Shown: positions 53,278 through 63,512 of the stretch, one piece after another
Layout of the letters: every line of letters begins with the position of its first letter
Position numbering within the stretch: position 1 is the first letter of the stretch
Virus record (IMG/VR): IMGVR_UViG_3300021399_000155
Coordinates: 4,722-68,721 of that record
Length of the DNA: 64,000 nucleotides
Direction: 5' to 3' (one strand)
Source of the DNA: a virus
Taxonomy: Duplodnaviria; Caudoviricetes
Position numbers and translations under genes: made by a program
Notes under the pieces: model-generated
The model's input: the letters and a program-made list of their open reading frames with translations, nothing else
What the model was told of the DNA's origin: nothing
Databases searched by the model: none

Positions 53278-53667
53278 CTACAAGTCAAAGCACACTCTGT
53301 GATACACAAAGAACCTTCCTTGTCGTTTGTAAACCTTATACCACCCGGTAAACGGTCTACCCGTACAGTCATACTGTGAGTTCCCACAATCTAATCTCAT
53401 GTTTTCCTCAAAGTACTTTATCGCTTTCTCTTCACTTCTTATTTCCATTGGTAACGGAACTAGAACGATAAACCCATCAAGCCCATAGTCCTTTACTAGA
53501 CGCTCTTCTGTTTCCATTCGCTTGTTGTATTCCCTTATGTCTCTCTTGACGCTTATCAAATACTCTCTTGCCTTGCCGACATCCCCATAATTGTGTTCGT
53601 TCAATGTCTGCTCAATAAATCTTTCCATGAGATACTGACGTTTCAGTTCTTCCTGGTTTCTGATCAT
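53278..53667 (-). CDS. hypothetical protein
   Basis: YDCTGRPFT pattern. Confidence 0.65.
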   Translation of the reverse strand: MIRNQEELKRQYLMERFIEQTLNEHNYGDVGKAREYLISVKRDIREYNKRMETEERLVKDYGLDGFIVLVPLPMEIRSEEKAIKYFEENMRLDCGNSQYDCTGRPFTGWYKVYKRQGRFFVYHRVCFDL

Positions 53668-53685
53668 TGTCTCATCTCCCTTCTG

Positions 53686-53967
53686 TTATGCATTTCCGTT
53701 CTCTACAAATTCAGATGGCGGAACTTCACCATATGGTTCATAGTCCCGCCATTTCTTAATAAACTGTACCTTTTCTTCTGTCCACGACTTATCCGCATTC
53801 CAAGCCTCTACGCAATCCCACCAGATTGCCTTGGTGGTTGCCACGCCTTTGCTGTCTCCGTTGCCTATCCAATAGTCCATGCAACTGTTGAAATATTTTT
53901 CGATCTCGCTCATTAAACTTCCTCTGCTTCCGTTAAGAACCACTCTACCCGATCGCCGTTTTCCCAC
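53686..53967 (-). CDS. hypothetical protein
   Basis: operon packing; start uncertain. Confidence 0.5.
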   Translation of the reverse strand: MGKRRSGRVVLNGSRGSLMSEIEKYFNSCMDYWIGNGDSKGVATTKAIWWDCVEAWNADKSWTEEKVQFIKKWRDYEPYGEVPPSEFVENGNA

Positions 53968-54155
53968 GACAAGATTGCGTAGTCTGGTTCGTGAAATGTT
54001 AACTCTTCGTCTACATCATCCCCATTTTCTGCAATCTCTTCATTATAATAATCTTCCCAATCCTTTTGGAGGATACGTTCTCCTTCAAGAATTCCTTTAA
54101 CAATCCACGATTTCCTTTCAGGATCAAAGTTCATAATTCTTACAACAGTCCACAT
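53913..54155 (-). CDS. hypothetical acidic protein
   Basis: GGAGG RBS. Confidence 0.55.
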   Translation of the reverse strand: MWTVVRIMNFDPERKSWIVKGILEGERILQKDWEDYYNEEIAENGDDVDEELTFHEPDYAILSWENGDRVEWFLTEAEEV

Positions 54156-54215
54156 TATTTAAGCACCTCCGTAATATGTTTCACACCCAATATTATTACC
54201 ATAACTTTTACTTTT

Positions 54216-54512
54216 TTATACCACACCTCCCGTAGTACTTGCTCTGCCTGTTGTTGCCATCGGAATTTGCCCGGAATTTCTGGCAAGAAGAATATCTACA
54301 TAAGATAACCATCTTGTCAGTTCCATTTCTCCCTGCCAGTTTCTGTGTTTGAACGAAACAACAATTCCATGTGGATAAACTCCTTTAATTGTTCCGTGCT
54401 TTCTTACGACAACGCACTCCGTAGTTTCCTTCCATACGGCAGTATCAAACGTGAATTTGTGTCCAACAGTCATTCCCTTACGAATTCCCTCAAGATCCTT
54501 TACCTTAAGCAT
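54216..54512 (-). CDS. hypothetical protein
   Basis: internal ATG with RBS. Confidence 0.55.
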   Translation of the reverse strand: MLKVKDLEGIRKGMTVGHKFTFDTAVWKETTECVVVRKHGTIKGVYPHGIVVSFKHRNWQGEMELTRWLSYVDILLARNSGQIPMATTGRASTTGGVV

Positions 54513-54534
54513 ATTTCCTACAATCCTTTCTTCT

Positions 54535-55029
54535 TTACAGTACAATGAACTTACCTCCGCATTTTCCGCATCTATAGGCGTCTGGATTTCTCGTAAACTT
54601 GCTTGCTCTTTCCCTTGTTACAATGCTTCCACAGTGTTTGCACATAAACCTATACTTGGCAGCCGCCCTGATTGGTTCTGCAATTCCCTTTTCTTCGGTC
54701 GATGTACATCTCTTAATGTTGTACCCGTAAGCCTTGTTGACCATTTCCCCATATCTCTTCCAGCGTTCTCCGTGGTTCTGACATCCCTCACAAGTGTGCA
54801 ACAACTCATGCATTACGGTATCCATAAGAGCCATTTTGCTTACATCTGCTTCGAGAAGCCTCTTGTTGATCGTAATAAGCGATCCAAATCTTGTGTAGCG
54901 ACAACAGCCCCATCGTTTTGTAACTCTCTTGGAGGCTTCGATTGTAAACACATTCCCATACGGGATCTTTAATGCATCGCACTGTTTCATGCATTCATTC
55001 AGGGCTTCTCTTAAGATTTTGTTTTCCAT
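54535..55029 (-). CDS. SprT-like zinc metalloprotease
   Basis: RWGCC, HELLH, HGERWK, C-terminal CKHCG..CGKCGG. Confidence 0.85.
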   Translation of the reverse strand: MENKILREALNECMKQCDALKIPYGNVFTIEASKRVTKRWGCCRYTRFGSLITINKRLLEADVSKMALMDTVMHELLHTCEGCQNHGERWKRYGEMVNKAYGYNIKRCTSTEEKGIAEPIRAAAKYRFMCKHCGSIVTRERASKFTRNPDAYRCGKCGGKFIVL

Positions 55030-55355
55030 TAGGCATTTACCTCCATAACCTCTTCCATGAACTCAGCCAATGTCATTGTTCTCTCATCAAAGGGGCTGCC
55101 ATTCCACGAAAGCTTTCCCCTCATATATACCCCGTCTTTTGTATACGTGCCGCTTTCCGTAGAAATATAAGGTCTTAAACGAAATCTCGTATCTTTAACT
55201 TTGGGTTCTTCGACAACCTCTGCTTCTGCGATTATGAATTTAACATCGGTTCCCTTTGGCTTAAAAGCAATCCAAACTCCCGGATACTCGACATTACAAT
55301 AATTTTCTCCAACAATAATCGTTCCAATGCTAGTTGATACTTCAATCTTACTCAT
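55029..55355 (-). CDS. hypothetical protein
   Basis: operon packing. Confidence 0.55.
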   Translation of the reverse strand: MSKIEVSTSIGTIIVGENYCNVEYPGVWIAFKPKGTDVKFIIAEAEVVEEPKVKDTRFRLRPYISTESGTYTKDGVYMRGKLSWNGSPFDERTMTLAEFMEEVMEVNA

Positions 55356-55525
55356 CCTTATGCACCTCCCTTATCTTGACGCCAAGTCCGTATTTCTTTT
55401 GCAAAATCGGACGAATTTGTGTGCGGCTGATACAGCGGACAACCTCCTTCTTCTCGCCGTGTATTGTTGTGAAGCTGACTACAAAGTTCCTTTGCATTGG
55501 TTCGTAAATCATTCGACCACCTCCC

Positions 55526-56194
55526 TTAGTGTTCAGAGAGCAGGATCTGCTCACCTTCGTGTACTGTCCAACAACCACACCCCGTCTTTGCGCAATCAGA
55601 GCAGTTTCCACCGCACCACTTTGCGCCATCAGAGGCGGTCGTCGTTCCGTTACGGAAGATGATGTGTGCCTCCGGCAGCTCATATGGATTTGGCATTTCC
55701 AGCCCCGGCCATGCACTGAAAAGGATGTGTAAGTTTTCAGGAAGTTTAGTTCCCTTGTCGAGTTCCGCATTGACAATCTCGTACTGCTTGGTGAAGCAGA
55801 GGATTTCGCAGTGCGGATTTCTCTTAGCAACGTCAATCATCCTAGAGAAATATTCTCCGTTCGGGATGTCACCGCTGACATGAAATCTAAAAAATCGAGA
55901 CAACATAATCGCCGCCTCGACTTCTCTCCAATACTGTTCGGGATCATTTAACAAGATCCGCAAGTTTCTCTTGTAGGCATTCGCCGTATTGTCTCTCCTT
56001 GCCGCCATTCTCCGTGCATAGCACTTCTTGTAGCAAGGAGCGTCTGGTCTACAAGTACTACAAGCCGGGGTAGAAACGCTCTGGATCTTACCCATTTTGG
56101 AATTTCCTCTACTAATACTGACGTGTTCCATAGTTACCTCCTTAGCAGTGTTGATGGTGTTGAGTGCTACATTATTGATCTTTGCCATATTCAT
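55526..56194 (-). CDS. GP88-like (radical-SAM-related) protein
   Basis: NSKMG..S.PACSTC....CYKKCYA; FRFHVSGDI; CFTK. Confidence 0.7.
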   Translation of the reverse strand: MNMAKINNVALNTINTAKEVTMEHVSISRGNSKMGKIQSVSTPACSTCRPDAPCYKKCYARRMAARRDNTANAYKRNLRILLNDPEQYWREVEAAIMLSRFFRFHVSGDIPNGEYFSRMIDVAKRNPHCEILCFTKQYEIVNAELDKGTKLPENLHILFSAWPGLEMPNPYELPEAHIIFRNGTTTASDGAKWCGGNCSDCAKTGCGCWTVHEGEQILLSEH

Positions 56195-56709
56195 GCTCTC
56201 CTTTTCTCAAAAGCGGTTTTGTACTTTGCGTAAGCGCCGATTTCGTCATATCCTTCTGACCGTAAAATCTCTCTCCTTTCATTCTCAGTCAGCTTGCGGA
56301 CAATCTTGATATCCGATGTGATACTCCAAGTTCCCTTTCCGGCTTCCCGGAAGAAGTAATACCCGTTTTCCGGGATCTTATCGGGGAAACACTTGCCCGG
56401 AAGTTTTGCAACTTCGTCGTTGTAGTCGTTAGTTGCGTTGTATTCGACCAAGCACCACACTCGGTGCCCGGTTTTCCACCTAGACTTATAGCAACCAACT
56501 TCGCTTCCGTCATATCCCTTAAGCCATGGAGCATCTGGGATACTTCCGATGTGCCATCCCCCTCTTTTCGCAAATCCCTTGGTCGGAATGTACTCAGCGT
56601 GTAACCATTCACCTGTCTTCGTTTCCTTTTTTGCTCCAATAAAAAGCGGGAACAGTTTCCCGTTCCCGTTCTCTTCAAAGAGCTTGTATCCAGTTTTTGT
56701 TACCATCAT
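56191..56709 (-). CDS. conserved phage protein
   Basis: GKLFPLFI...GFAKRGGWH..PDAPWL. Confidence 0.65.
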   Translation of the reverse strand: MMVTKTGYKLFEENGNGKLFPLFIGAKKETKTGEWLHAEYIPTKGFAKRGGWHIGSIPDAPWLKGYDGSEVGCYKSRWKTGHRVWCLVEYNATNDYNDEVAKLPGKCFPDKIPENGYYFFREAGKGTWSITSDIKIVRKLTENERREILRSEGYDEIGAYAKYKTAFEKRRA

Positions 56710-57584
56710 TCACTTTCCTTTCCGTTGAGAATAAACTCAACTGCTTTCTGAGCCTTTCCGGCGGCGGATACTACAAAACGATTGTCGTTCTTAAGTACCC
56801 TCAACCAACTCTGAATGTAGGCGGCGCTGTTTCTGTCTGTCTTTTCCGTTTCAATACCTACGTGGTTGAGAAGGAATGCACTTCCCATCTCGGCGACCAG
56901 CTCTTCTTTGCTGTAATCGGCACTTCCGAAGGGGGCGAGCTTGGTTCCCCTTTCGAAACGATCTAAGCGAGTCCAATGCCCGGTGCTATGAACCATCTCG
57001 TGAAACAGGGTTGCATAGAAGTCGTTTGCGTTCTTGTACTGCCGGATTTGCGGAACATGGATATAATCCATCATCGGTGAGTAATACGCCTTGTTCGTCG
57101 TTTCCTCTTCGATCCTGATCTTTTCCCTTACGGAATAATCATTTTTGATCTTTTCGGCAGCTTCAATCGGATTGGTTTCCTTTAACTCTGCCTTGTCAAG
57201 AGGCTCGACGCCTTCAACCTGACTGATATGAAAAACGGGCAGATACCGTAAGATCGGAATGGTTACCTTCTCTTTCACGACATCGCCCGTTTCCTTGTCA
57301 ACCCTTTCTCTTTCGCCTACCGAAATCTTCCAGAAGACGACAAACTCACTTTTCTCTCCCTTCTTAATCTTACCGCCGAGATTACTCCACTGCTTGAAGC
57401 TTGCCCATTCACCCGGCTTGCTTAACAAGCACTGGTTGAGGAGGCTGTAAGACTTCTTGCTTACCCGGTTGAACGCTCCTCCGTCAATCCCGGCAACACC
57501 TGACCACGGTCTTTCCCACGGGATAATCCCGTTTTCCATCATCTTGATGAACTTGTCGGTAATCATTTCATAAACGTTTGCCAT
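56706..57584 (-). CDS. ardC: ArdC-like antirestriction ssDNA-binding protein (zincin domain)
   Basis: PWERPW, YSLLN, SFKQW..LGG.IKKGEK, TLFHEMVHSTGH..RL.R, EELVAE. Confidence 0.85.
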   Translation of the reverse strand: MANVYEMITDKFIKMMENGIIPWERPWSGVAGIDGGAFNRVSKKSYSLLNQCLLSKPGEWASFKQWSNLGGKIKKGEKSEFVVFWKISVGERERVDKETGDVVKEKVTIPILRYLPVFHISQVEGVEPLDKAELKETNPIEAAEKIKNDYSVREKIRIEEETTNKAYYSPMMDYIHVPQIRQYKNANDFYATLFHEMVHSTGHWTRLDRFERGTKLAPFGSADYSKEELVAEMGSAFLLNHVGIETEKTDRNSAAYIQSWLRVLKNDNRFVVSAAGKAQKAVEFILNGKESE

Positions 57585-57610
57585 AGTGTGATCTCCTTTC
57601 GCTTAATAAA

Positions 57611-57976
57611 TCAACCAAAGTTAAACTGTGGTTTCTGTTTTCGTTCCAACATCTTCCGGCATAACCGCTTTGTGTCTTCGTTCCAATGTTTGATCCTATT
57701 GGTGTTGTGTCCATCGGAGAAGATGATTGTTTCATCATTCTTAATCATGTGAACCCAATAGTGTTTGTTCTCTTCCCTCATGCAATTCACATCCATTGCA
57801 CTCGGGCCATCTTTCCAGATCCAGCTATCAGGGTTCGGAATGCTGATCTTGTCTTCGTATTTTCCCTTACACTTTGCAAAGAACCAATCCTGAAAATCTT
57901 TCAAGCTGTAAAAGCTCTTCCCCCTTTCCTTTCTGCAATAATCGTTTGTGTACTCTTCAAAATAAACCCAATACAT
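57611..57976 (-). CDS. hypothetical protein
   Basis: GGAGG RBS. Confidence 0.6.
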   Translation of the reverse strand: MYWVYFEEYTNDYCRKERGKSFYSLKDFQDWFFAKCKGKYEDKISIPNPDSWIWKDGPSAMDVNCMREENKHYWVHMIKNDETIIFSDGHNTNRIKHWNEDTKRLCRKMLERKQKPQFNFG

Positions 57977-57987
57977 ATAAGACCTCC

Positions 57988-58308
57988 TTAATGTACAAAT
58001 GTGAAGTTGAGTTTCTCTTTGATCCGTTGTCGCTCACAAATCCACGAAACGAAGAACCCGCAAAGATAAGGGTCTTTCTTACCCACATTCAATAAGAGTT
58101 CATTTGCTTCATCGTCTCCAATGATCTTGCAGATGTAATCATACAAACTGCAATAATCATCATATGACATCGTGATGTCAATTGATCTCATTGTGTTAAC
58201 GTACCTTTCAAAGTCATAAGGACTGTCCCCGGAAGACCTGACCGTTTCCATCTCCTTTCCATAGTCTTCATAGATCGTGCCAGCATAATTGATGCCGTCA
58301 AACATCAT
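57988..58308 (-). CDS. hypothetical protein
   Basis: operon packing. Confidence 0.6.
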   Translation of the reverse strand: MMFDGINYAGTIYEDYGKEMETVRSSGDSPYDFERYVNTMRSIDITMSYDDYCSLYDYICKIIGDDEANELLLNVGKKDPYLCGFFVSWICERQRIKEKLNFTFVH

Positions 58309-58718
58309 CTAATCACCTCCTTTTCGTATTCGTACCAAATCCCGTTTACCTTGTAACGCAATGCCTTGCAGTCTTTCGCAGAGTAAGACGGCGTACACAA
58401 CTCTTTGATTGTGATAGTCGCGAACCAATCACAAATGTCTATTGGATCCGCATAAGTCCCCTTAGAAATCGTCATTTCCTTATCTGTCTCGAACTCAACA
58501 AGGATTTCATCTTTGCTTACGATCCCGGTTAAGAAGTCAAGACACATTTCCGGGTTCCATTCGTATGTTTTCTCACCTGAAACAAACCGTACTATCTCTG
58601 GCAAAAAGCAAACACCAACAGACGTTGTCTTACATCCATTATGTTCTTTTCCGATGATTTCCTTTCCGGCGGAATACAAATCAAATTCATTTTTACTCAT
58701 GTATCTATATATTTTCAT
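58305..58718 (-). CDS. hypothetical protein
   Basis: MKIYRYMS..E..GVCF pattern. Confidence 0.65.
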   Translation of the reverse strand: MKIYRYMSKNEFDLYSAGKEIIGKEHNGCKTTSVGVCFLPEIVRFVSGEKTYEWNPEMCLDFLTGIVSKDEILVEFETDKEMTISKGTYADPIDICDWFATITIKELCTPSYSAKDCKALRYKVNGIWYEYEKEVIR

Positions 58719-58727
58719 TGTTCCTCC

Positions 58728-59417
58728 TTATAATTCGTTTGCAATGTCAGTTAAAATTTCAAAGTGAGAAGTTATTTGGTAATTTGTTTTTACATAGTCT
58801 TCCAGAAATGTTTGTTTTACTGCGTTTATATTTGATTTTGTTGTCGGTTTCCCGGCCTTCTCTAAAGCCTTTATAACATCATGATCCGTCCAGACCTCAG
58901 TGTAAAACGGCTTGTTGCTAACAAATATCTTATTCCATTCGTTTCTGGCTTCGTCATTTTTCTTTGCTACTTCAAGAAATCTCTTATTAATTTCCCCGGA
59001 ATACTGTTCAACAAAACTCTTTTCCATTGTGGAAATGGCTAATTCCTTATTATTTATAAGCATCTTCACTATTTCGTAATTTCCAGTCTGTTTAATGTAT
59101 TCTAGATTAGCCAATGTACTATATCCATTAGGTAAATCCACGATTGGATTTCTTGTACCGTTTTCTTTGTCAAATCCAATTTGAAGTTCGTATCCATTGA
59201 ACAAGATCCCGGTATCCATTAAGAAACGTCTATTTCTAAACACTTCCCCGTCGCTATAAAACACATCTCTTATTGGTTTGATGGCTTCTTTAAATTTCTC
59301 CAATTCAATCTCGTAATAATCATCAATATCTTTCAACATATCTTCCGTTTCTTTATTGATGCGGTTTATCTCTTCCTTTACCTTATTAGCTTCTTCAATA
59401 ATATTATTAATGTTCAT
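58728..59417 (-). CDS. hypothetical coiled-coil protein
   Basis: internal ATG with RBS. Confidence 0.6.
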   Translation of the reverse strand: MNINNIIEEANKVKEEINRINKETEDMLKDIDDYYEIELEKFKEAIKPIRDVFYSDGEVFRNRRFLMDTGILFNGYELQIGFDKENGTRNPIVDLPNGYSTLANLEYIKQTGNYEIVKMLINNKELAISTMEKSFVEQYSGEINKRFLEVAKKNDEARNEWNKIFVSNKPFYTEVWTDHDVIKALEKAGKPTTKSNINAVKQTFLEDYVKTNYQITSHFEILTDIANEL

Positions 59418-59433
59418 CGTATTATTTCCTTTC

Positions 59434-59634
59434 TTATTCAACGCAAACACCTTCATACAAAGCACACCACGACGGTCTCTTCTTCATGTTCTTTTCAGTT
59501 AGCTTTCCATCATGTTTCCCTCGTGGGATGATACAATAGTGAACCTCATAACTCTCCATGCTTCCGTCATAAAGTCCCGGATAAACTTTGTGGAACGGAC
59601 AATCATAACAATTCTTATAGAACAAGCGGATCAT
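59434..59634 (-). CDS. small Cys-rich protein
   Basis: NCYDCPF..HYC..RPSWC. Confidence 0.55.
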   Translation of the reverse strand: MIRLFYKNCYDCPFHKVYPGLYDGSMESYEVHYCIIPRGKHDGKLTEKNMKKRPSWCALYEGVCVE

Positions 59635-60803
59635 TGTACCACCTCCTTTCCATATTCTCTTTCTACAAAGGGATTGAACCAATTCAGGAACTGCTCTTTG
59701 CAAACGAAGTCGATCACTTCTGTTCTCTTAACTCTTGTATGGTTTCCATATCCCTTAGCTTCCCGGAATTTCTGATCTGCTTCTTTCATGTCAAACCCCG
59801 TTTCCTTCTTGAAGCAAGAGATGATATGGTTGTACATATGGTTTCCGTAAACAGATGGATCATTTCTCTTCTTGGCAACCGTTCTAACAATTCCCTTAAC
59901 ATCATTCATACTTTCTGCCGGATAATGATAGGGAATCTCAATCTTCTCAAATTCCCCGGCAATATCACAAACAGTGTTTACGAAAATGTTCTGCCAATTC
60001 GGTTTCTGTTCGAGGTTAAAGGCTAATTCAAGGTTTCCATCCACCGGGAAGCGGTCGTTCTCCCTTAAGAAGTTTGTACGTTCATCTGCCCAAGAAACGC
60101 CGTAGACCTGATGTAACTTGTTACAAGCTACCTTAATGACGGCATTGCGATCATAGCCATCAAGCATTGCGACAAGATCCTTTTTCCATTTCTTGTATTC
60201 TTCTGGGACAAGAGACCTATCAATGTTTCGCCTTGTAATTTTGGTACTCGGTGCTTTAACTTCAACTTTTGGTACTTCAACTTTTGGTGTTTCAACTTTC
60301 GCTTCAATCTTTGGTTCTTCTACTTTCGCTTTAAGAGAGGCCACGGTGTTGGCAAGATCATTGATAGAAGCAACAAGTTTGTTCTGCATTTCGACGGTTT
60401 CCTTTAAGGTGTTTATGATTGCAAGCAGAACTTCTTCGTTTCCGTTCTTTGCGGCGACTTCTTTCTTTTGTGTTTCAAAGTAGAAATCAACCAATCGGCG
60501 CTGAACTTCCCATGCTGTGTCGTCATTGAACATCTTGACAAGCATCAAATAGCCGGATTTTGTAATCAGGTTTACCTTGATATTTGGTCTCCCTTTGATG
60601 ACGTTTCCCGCCATCAATTCTTTCATTGTTACCTGATAGTAATCTTTGCCAAGGACAAACCGTGACTTGTTACTGTTGAACCGGGCGGAAGCGGTTCCTC
60701 TCTTTCTGCCGTGAACCCGGTCTACATCAGAGAGCTTCATTACCCTTTCGCCGTTCATTTCAATTACGGGGACATTCACATCATTAATCATCACATTCTG
60801 CAT
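59631..60803 (-). CDS. ORF6N-domain DNA-binding protein (antirepressor-like)
   Basis: GERVMKLSDVDRVH..FNSNKSRFVLGKDY..LITKSGYLMLVKMFNDDTAWEVQRRLVDFYF. Confidence 0.85.
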   Translation of the reverse strand: MQNVMINDVNVPVIEMNGERVMKLSDVDRVHGRKRGTASARFNSNKSRFVLGKDYYQVTMKELMAGNVIKGRPNIKVNLITKSGYLMLVKMFNDDTAWEVQRRLVDFYFETQKKEVAAKNGNEEVLLAIINTLKETVEMQNKLVASINDLANTVASLKAKVEEPKIEAKVETPKVEVPKVEVKAPSTKITRRNIDRSLVPEEYKKWKKDLVAMLDGYDRNAVIKVACNKLHQVYGVSWADERTNFLRENDRFPVDGNLELAFNLEQKPNWQNIFVNTVCDIAGEFEKIEIPYHYPAESMNDVKGIVRTVAKKRNDPSVYGNHMYNHIISCFKKETGFDMKEADQKFREAKGYGNHTRVKRTEVIDFVCKEQFLNWFNPFVEREYGKEVVQ

Positions 60804-60822
60804 ATCTGCTCATTTCCTTTCT

Positions 60823-61029
60823 TTAGCAATTAGGGATATAACTATCACCATCTATAACGCCCTTGCGTTCAAAGAGGTCTTCCAGAACATCCGTGAATTC
60901 TATTTCGTCCGCGTTGTCAAACTCCTCTTCTGTCATGTCTAAGCTATCTAAAACAGCCTGAAACTCTCTGTCCGTTAACTTGCAGCTCATACCAACTCGT
61001 GCCCAAATCTCTCTACCCATAGTTTTCAA
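60823..61029 (-). CDS. hypothetical protein
   Basis: operon packing. Confidence 0.55.
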   Translation of the reverse strand: MKTMGREIWARVGMSCKLTDREFQAVLDSLDMTEEEFDNADEIEFTDVLEDLFERKGVIDGDSYIPNC

Positions 61030-61195
61030 TCTCCTTTCTCAATCTCTTTTCAACCATCTTGTTAATGTCTTTGTTGACGCTTACCACATGTCCAGAAATC
61101 GGATGAACATAAATAAAGTGACTACCTTTGGAACGTGTCCTTCGGTAGCCCATAGCTTCGAGTTCTTTTGTGAACTCTAAGAATTCTTTCTTCAT
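61013..61195 (-). CDS. HicA-like dsRBD-fold protein (no HicB partner)
   Basis: LEAMGYRRTRSKGSHFIYVHP. Confidence 0.75.
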   Translation of the reverse strand: MKKEFLEFTKELEAMGYRRTRSKGSHFIYVHPISGHVVSVNKDINKMVEKRLRKEIENYG

Positions 61196-61222
61196 TTCAC
61201 TTACACTCCTCTCTCACCTCCT

Positions 61223-62299
61223 TTATGCAGGATAGATTTCGATATCTCCAAAGCGCATGTCGTCGTGATCCATCAGGAAAATTCCGGCGGCTTCCGCTAA
61301 CGAATGCGCTTCCACATCCTGACACATGTATTTCCCTGTCTCGGCATCACACCACAAAACTTCATAAATGTCCTTTGGCTTTTCTGTTTCCTTTGCCTTG
61401 TAATATCCCTGATAATAATCGCTGTAATAGTCATCATCATCCCAACCATAGTCGTAGTACCCATAATTTGTACTTCCCCTAGAGTAACCATACTTTTTCG
61501 GAACATATTCGAACTGTTCCACATTGCTGAGATCTTCAATCAGTTTTTCTGTTACATCGAAAGTGTGCCACATCTCTTCGAGGATTACGTATTCATTCAG
61601 ATGATGTTCGTTGTAGTATCCACAACTTAAGTTGACAGCGGCGACTCCGGCGGTCGGGGCTAAGTTACTGATGTCTGAGCAAGTTCCGTATGCTTCCTCA
61701 TATCCTGTGACCTCTTCGATGTACTTTACAAAGTCTCTGTTGTCGCAACTATAGAAAACACAATCGTTTGCGTTCCGGCGGTCTAACTGAATAAGATATT
61801 TCATTTTACTAAGATCATTGACATGCTTTGTGTAAACGAAATTTTCGCTTCCAACACATCCGATCTCTTCATCTTCACAGAACAGCACATACGGCTTATA
61901 TCCCTTTGCAATCAACTGCAAGATGATGAAGATACCACAGCGATCATCACCGCCGATTCCCTGTGGAGAACTAATCTTATGATTTCCGTTCTTCATTTCC
62001 AGTTCATAGAAATCCTTTACGGGTTCATCATGAACCGTATCCATATGAGCGGTTAACAGCACCGGGATTTCGCCGGGAGCATAGAGGAAACCGTCTTCGT
62101 TATACATCACCTCATATCCCTCACTCCGTAACCGTCTGCAAAGATAACTCTTCATTTCCTTTTGTGTTTTCCGGCAAAGTTTGACAAAGCTCTTCAAACA
62201 AGTCTTGTTCTTCACTCCCTCATACACAAAGTCGGCGGCTGTTTCCTTTTTGTAGATCGTGGTGTAGCTTCTATTCGTAGTATTCTTTAATTCTCCCAT
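61223..62299 (-). CDS. M28/M20-family zinc peptidase-like protein
   Basis: TAHMDTVH, GGDDRCG, DEEIG, QLDRR, YYNEH. Confidence 0.8.
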   Translation of the reverse strand: MGELKNTTNRSYTTIYKKETAADFVYEGVKNKTCLKSFVKLCRKTQKEMKSYLCRRLRSEGYEVMYNEDGFLYAPGEIPVLLTAHMDTVHDEPVKDFYELEMKNGNHKISSPQGIGGDDRCGIFIILQLIAKGYKPYVLFCEDEEIGCVGSENFVYTKHVNDLSKMKYLIQLDRRNANDCVFYSCDNRDFVKYIEEVTGYEEAYGTCSDISNLAPTAGVAAVNLSCGYYNEHHLNEYVILEEMWHTFDVTEKLIEDLSNVEQFEYVPKKYGYSRGSTNYGYYDYGWDDDDYYSDYYQGYYKAKETEKPKDIYEVLWCDAETGKYMCQDVEAHSLAEAAGIFLMDHDDMRFGDIEIYPA

Positions 62300-62303
62300 A
62301 TGC

Positions 62304-63512
62304 TTATTCCTCCTCTTCTTCGTCTTCTACGTTTTCGTAACAACTTCTACATTCAATAGCTTTCTCGTAATTGGTAAGACTTCCACAATTCGGGCAATGG
62401 TGCCGTGAACCAATTACTACCGGGTCATGTTCCATTCCCTTGATGCGATTTACGTTGCAATCTTCAAAATGTGTGTAGTCTGTGAAATGACAACCCTTTG
62501 TGTGAGTTGCATTCGCACAGGCCAGCGTTCCGATTTCCGTTTCTTCCCACTCGGTTTCCTTGGGGAAAAGATGTTCCATTACAATTTCCCGGAATTCCTT
62601 ATATAGATCGGTCGCACCGTCTTTCGACTTCGGATAAACACGTCCCTGAATAAGTGTATTTCCGTTGAAGTGGAAGAGATTTCTGTAAATCTTTCCTTCA
62701 AGTTCCGGCGTATTTCCGTTGTAGTCTCCCTTAAGGATGTAGAAAATGAACGTCGTTCCATCCTCTAAGTAACTACCAACACCACCACTTGACAGGCCAC
62801 GGTAGATATAATCTCCGCCGTATTTTCGCTTGTTCTTTTTATCAATGGTCATACATGTTGTCCACGTATTCCCGAATGACATTGTTAAGTAATCTACGGG
62901 ATTAATGCTTATCACGATGGTTGCCTTAAATCTTCCCGGCGAAAGGGCGTCTGTAATATTTGCATATCCTTTGTTGTACCACGGTGTCTTATCATATCCG
63001 GTTGCCTTACAAAGTTTGCCAATGACACGAGTTGCCTTCTGACCAACGTGAACCCTAAGTTCCGGGTAAAACCCATTCAGGATTTCGGCGGAATTTGCGT
63101 CAATTTCTCTTGCATAGTTCCAGTAACAAGTCAGCCAATCGGCAGCCTTAAACGGTTTGATTTTTTCGGGATCTTCGAAAATCATTCCCCAAAGGTACTG
63201 ATTCTTTTCATAACTCCCTTCGTATGCCCATGAGTCAACCCGGTTAAACTCTTCTACTTTATCTCCCATGTAACATCTCCAATCATTGAAGAAATCACTC
63301 ACGACCTCCTTTTCAATTTGCCGTGGAAGATTCTCTTTGAAGACGATCTGGTATCTGCCGTTATAATCTTTGTTTCCCTCAAACAGACTGATCAGGTTTG
63401 CCTTTTTCTTTTCCCATGAGTTCAACTCACACCCCACGCCGTAGGGCGTAGGGTTGTAATCGTAAGTTTCAAGCACATCCATCATTTCCCTAACAAGTTC
63501 GTCTCTTGTCAT
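62304..63512 (-). CDS. conserved phage protein (DYLTMS..WTTCM family) with a C-terminal zinc ribbon
   Basis: ISINPVDYLTMSFGNTWTTCM; IQGRVYP; CPNCG..CRSC. Confidence 0.7.
   Translation of the reverse strand: MTRDELVREMMDVLETYDYNPTPYGVGCELNSWEKKKANLISLFEGNKDYNGRYQIVFKENLPRQIEKEVVSDFFNDWRCYMGDKVEEFNRVDSWAYEGSYEKNQYLWGMIFEDPEKIKPFKAADWLTCYWNYAREIDANSAEILNGFYPELRVHVGQKATRVIGKLCKATGYDKTPWYNKGYANITDALSPGRFKATIVISINPVDYLTMSFGNTWTTCMTIDKKNKRKYGGDYIYRGLSSGGVGSYLEDGTTFIFYILKGDYNGNTPELEGKIYRNLFHFNGNTLIQGRVYPKSKDGATDLYKEFREIVMEHLFPKETEWEETEIGTLACANATHTKGCHFTDYTHFEDCNVNRIKGMEHDPVVIGSRHHCPNCGSLTNYEKAIECRSCYENVEDEEEEE

Noticed and set aside
7000-63300. The many + strand ORFs listed opposite minus-strand genes
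   Set aside because: They are antisense shadows of densely packed, RBS-bearing minus-strand genes and have no recognisable motifs
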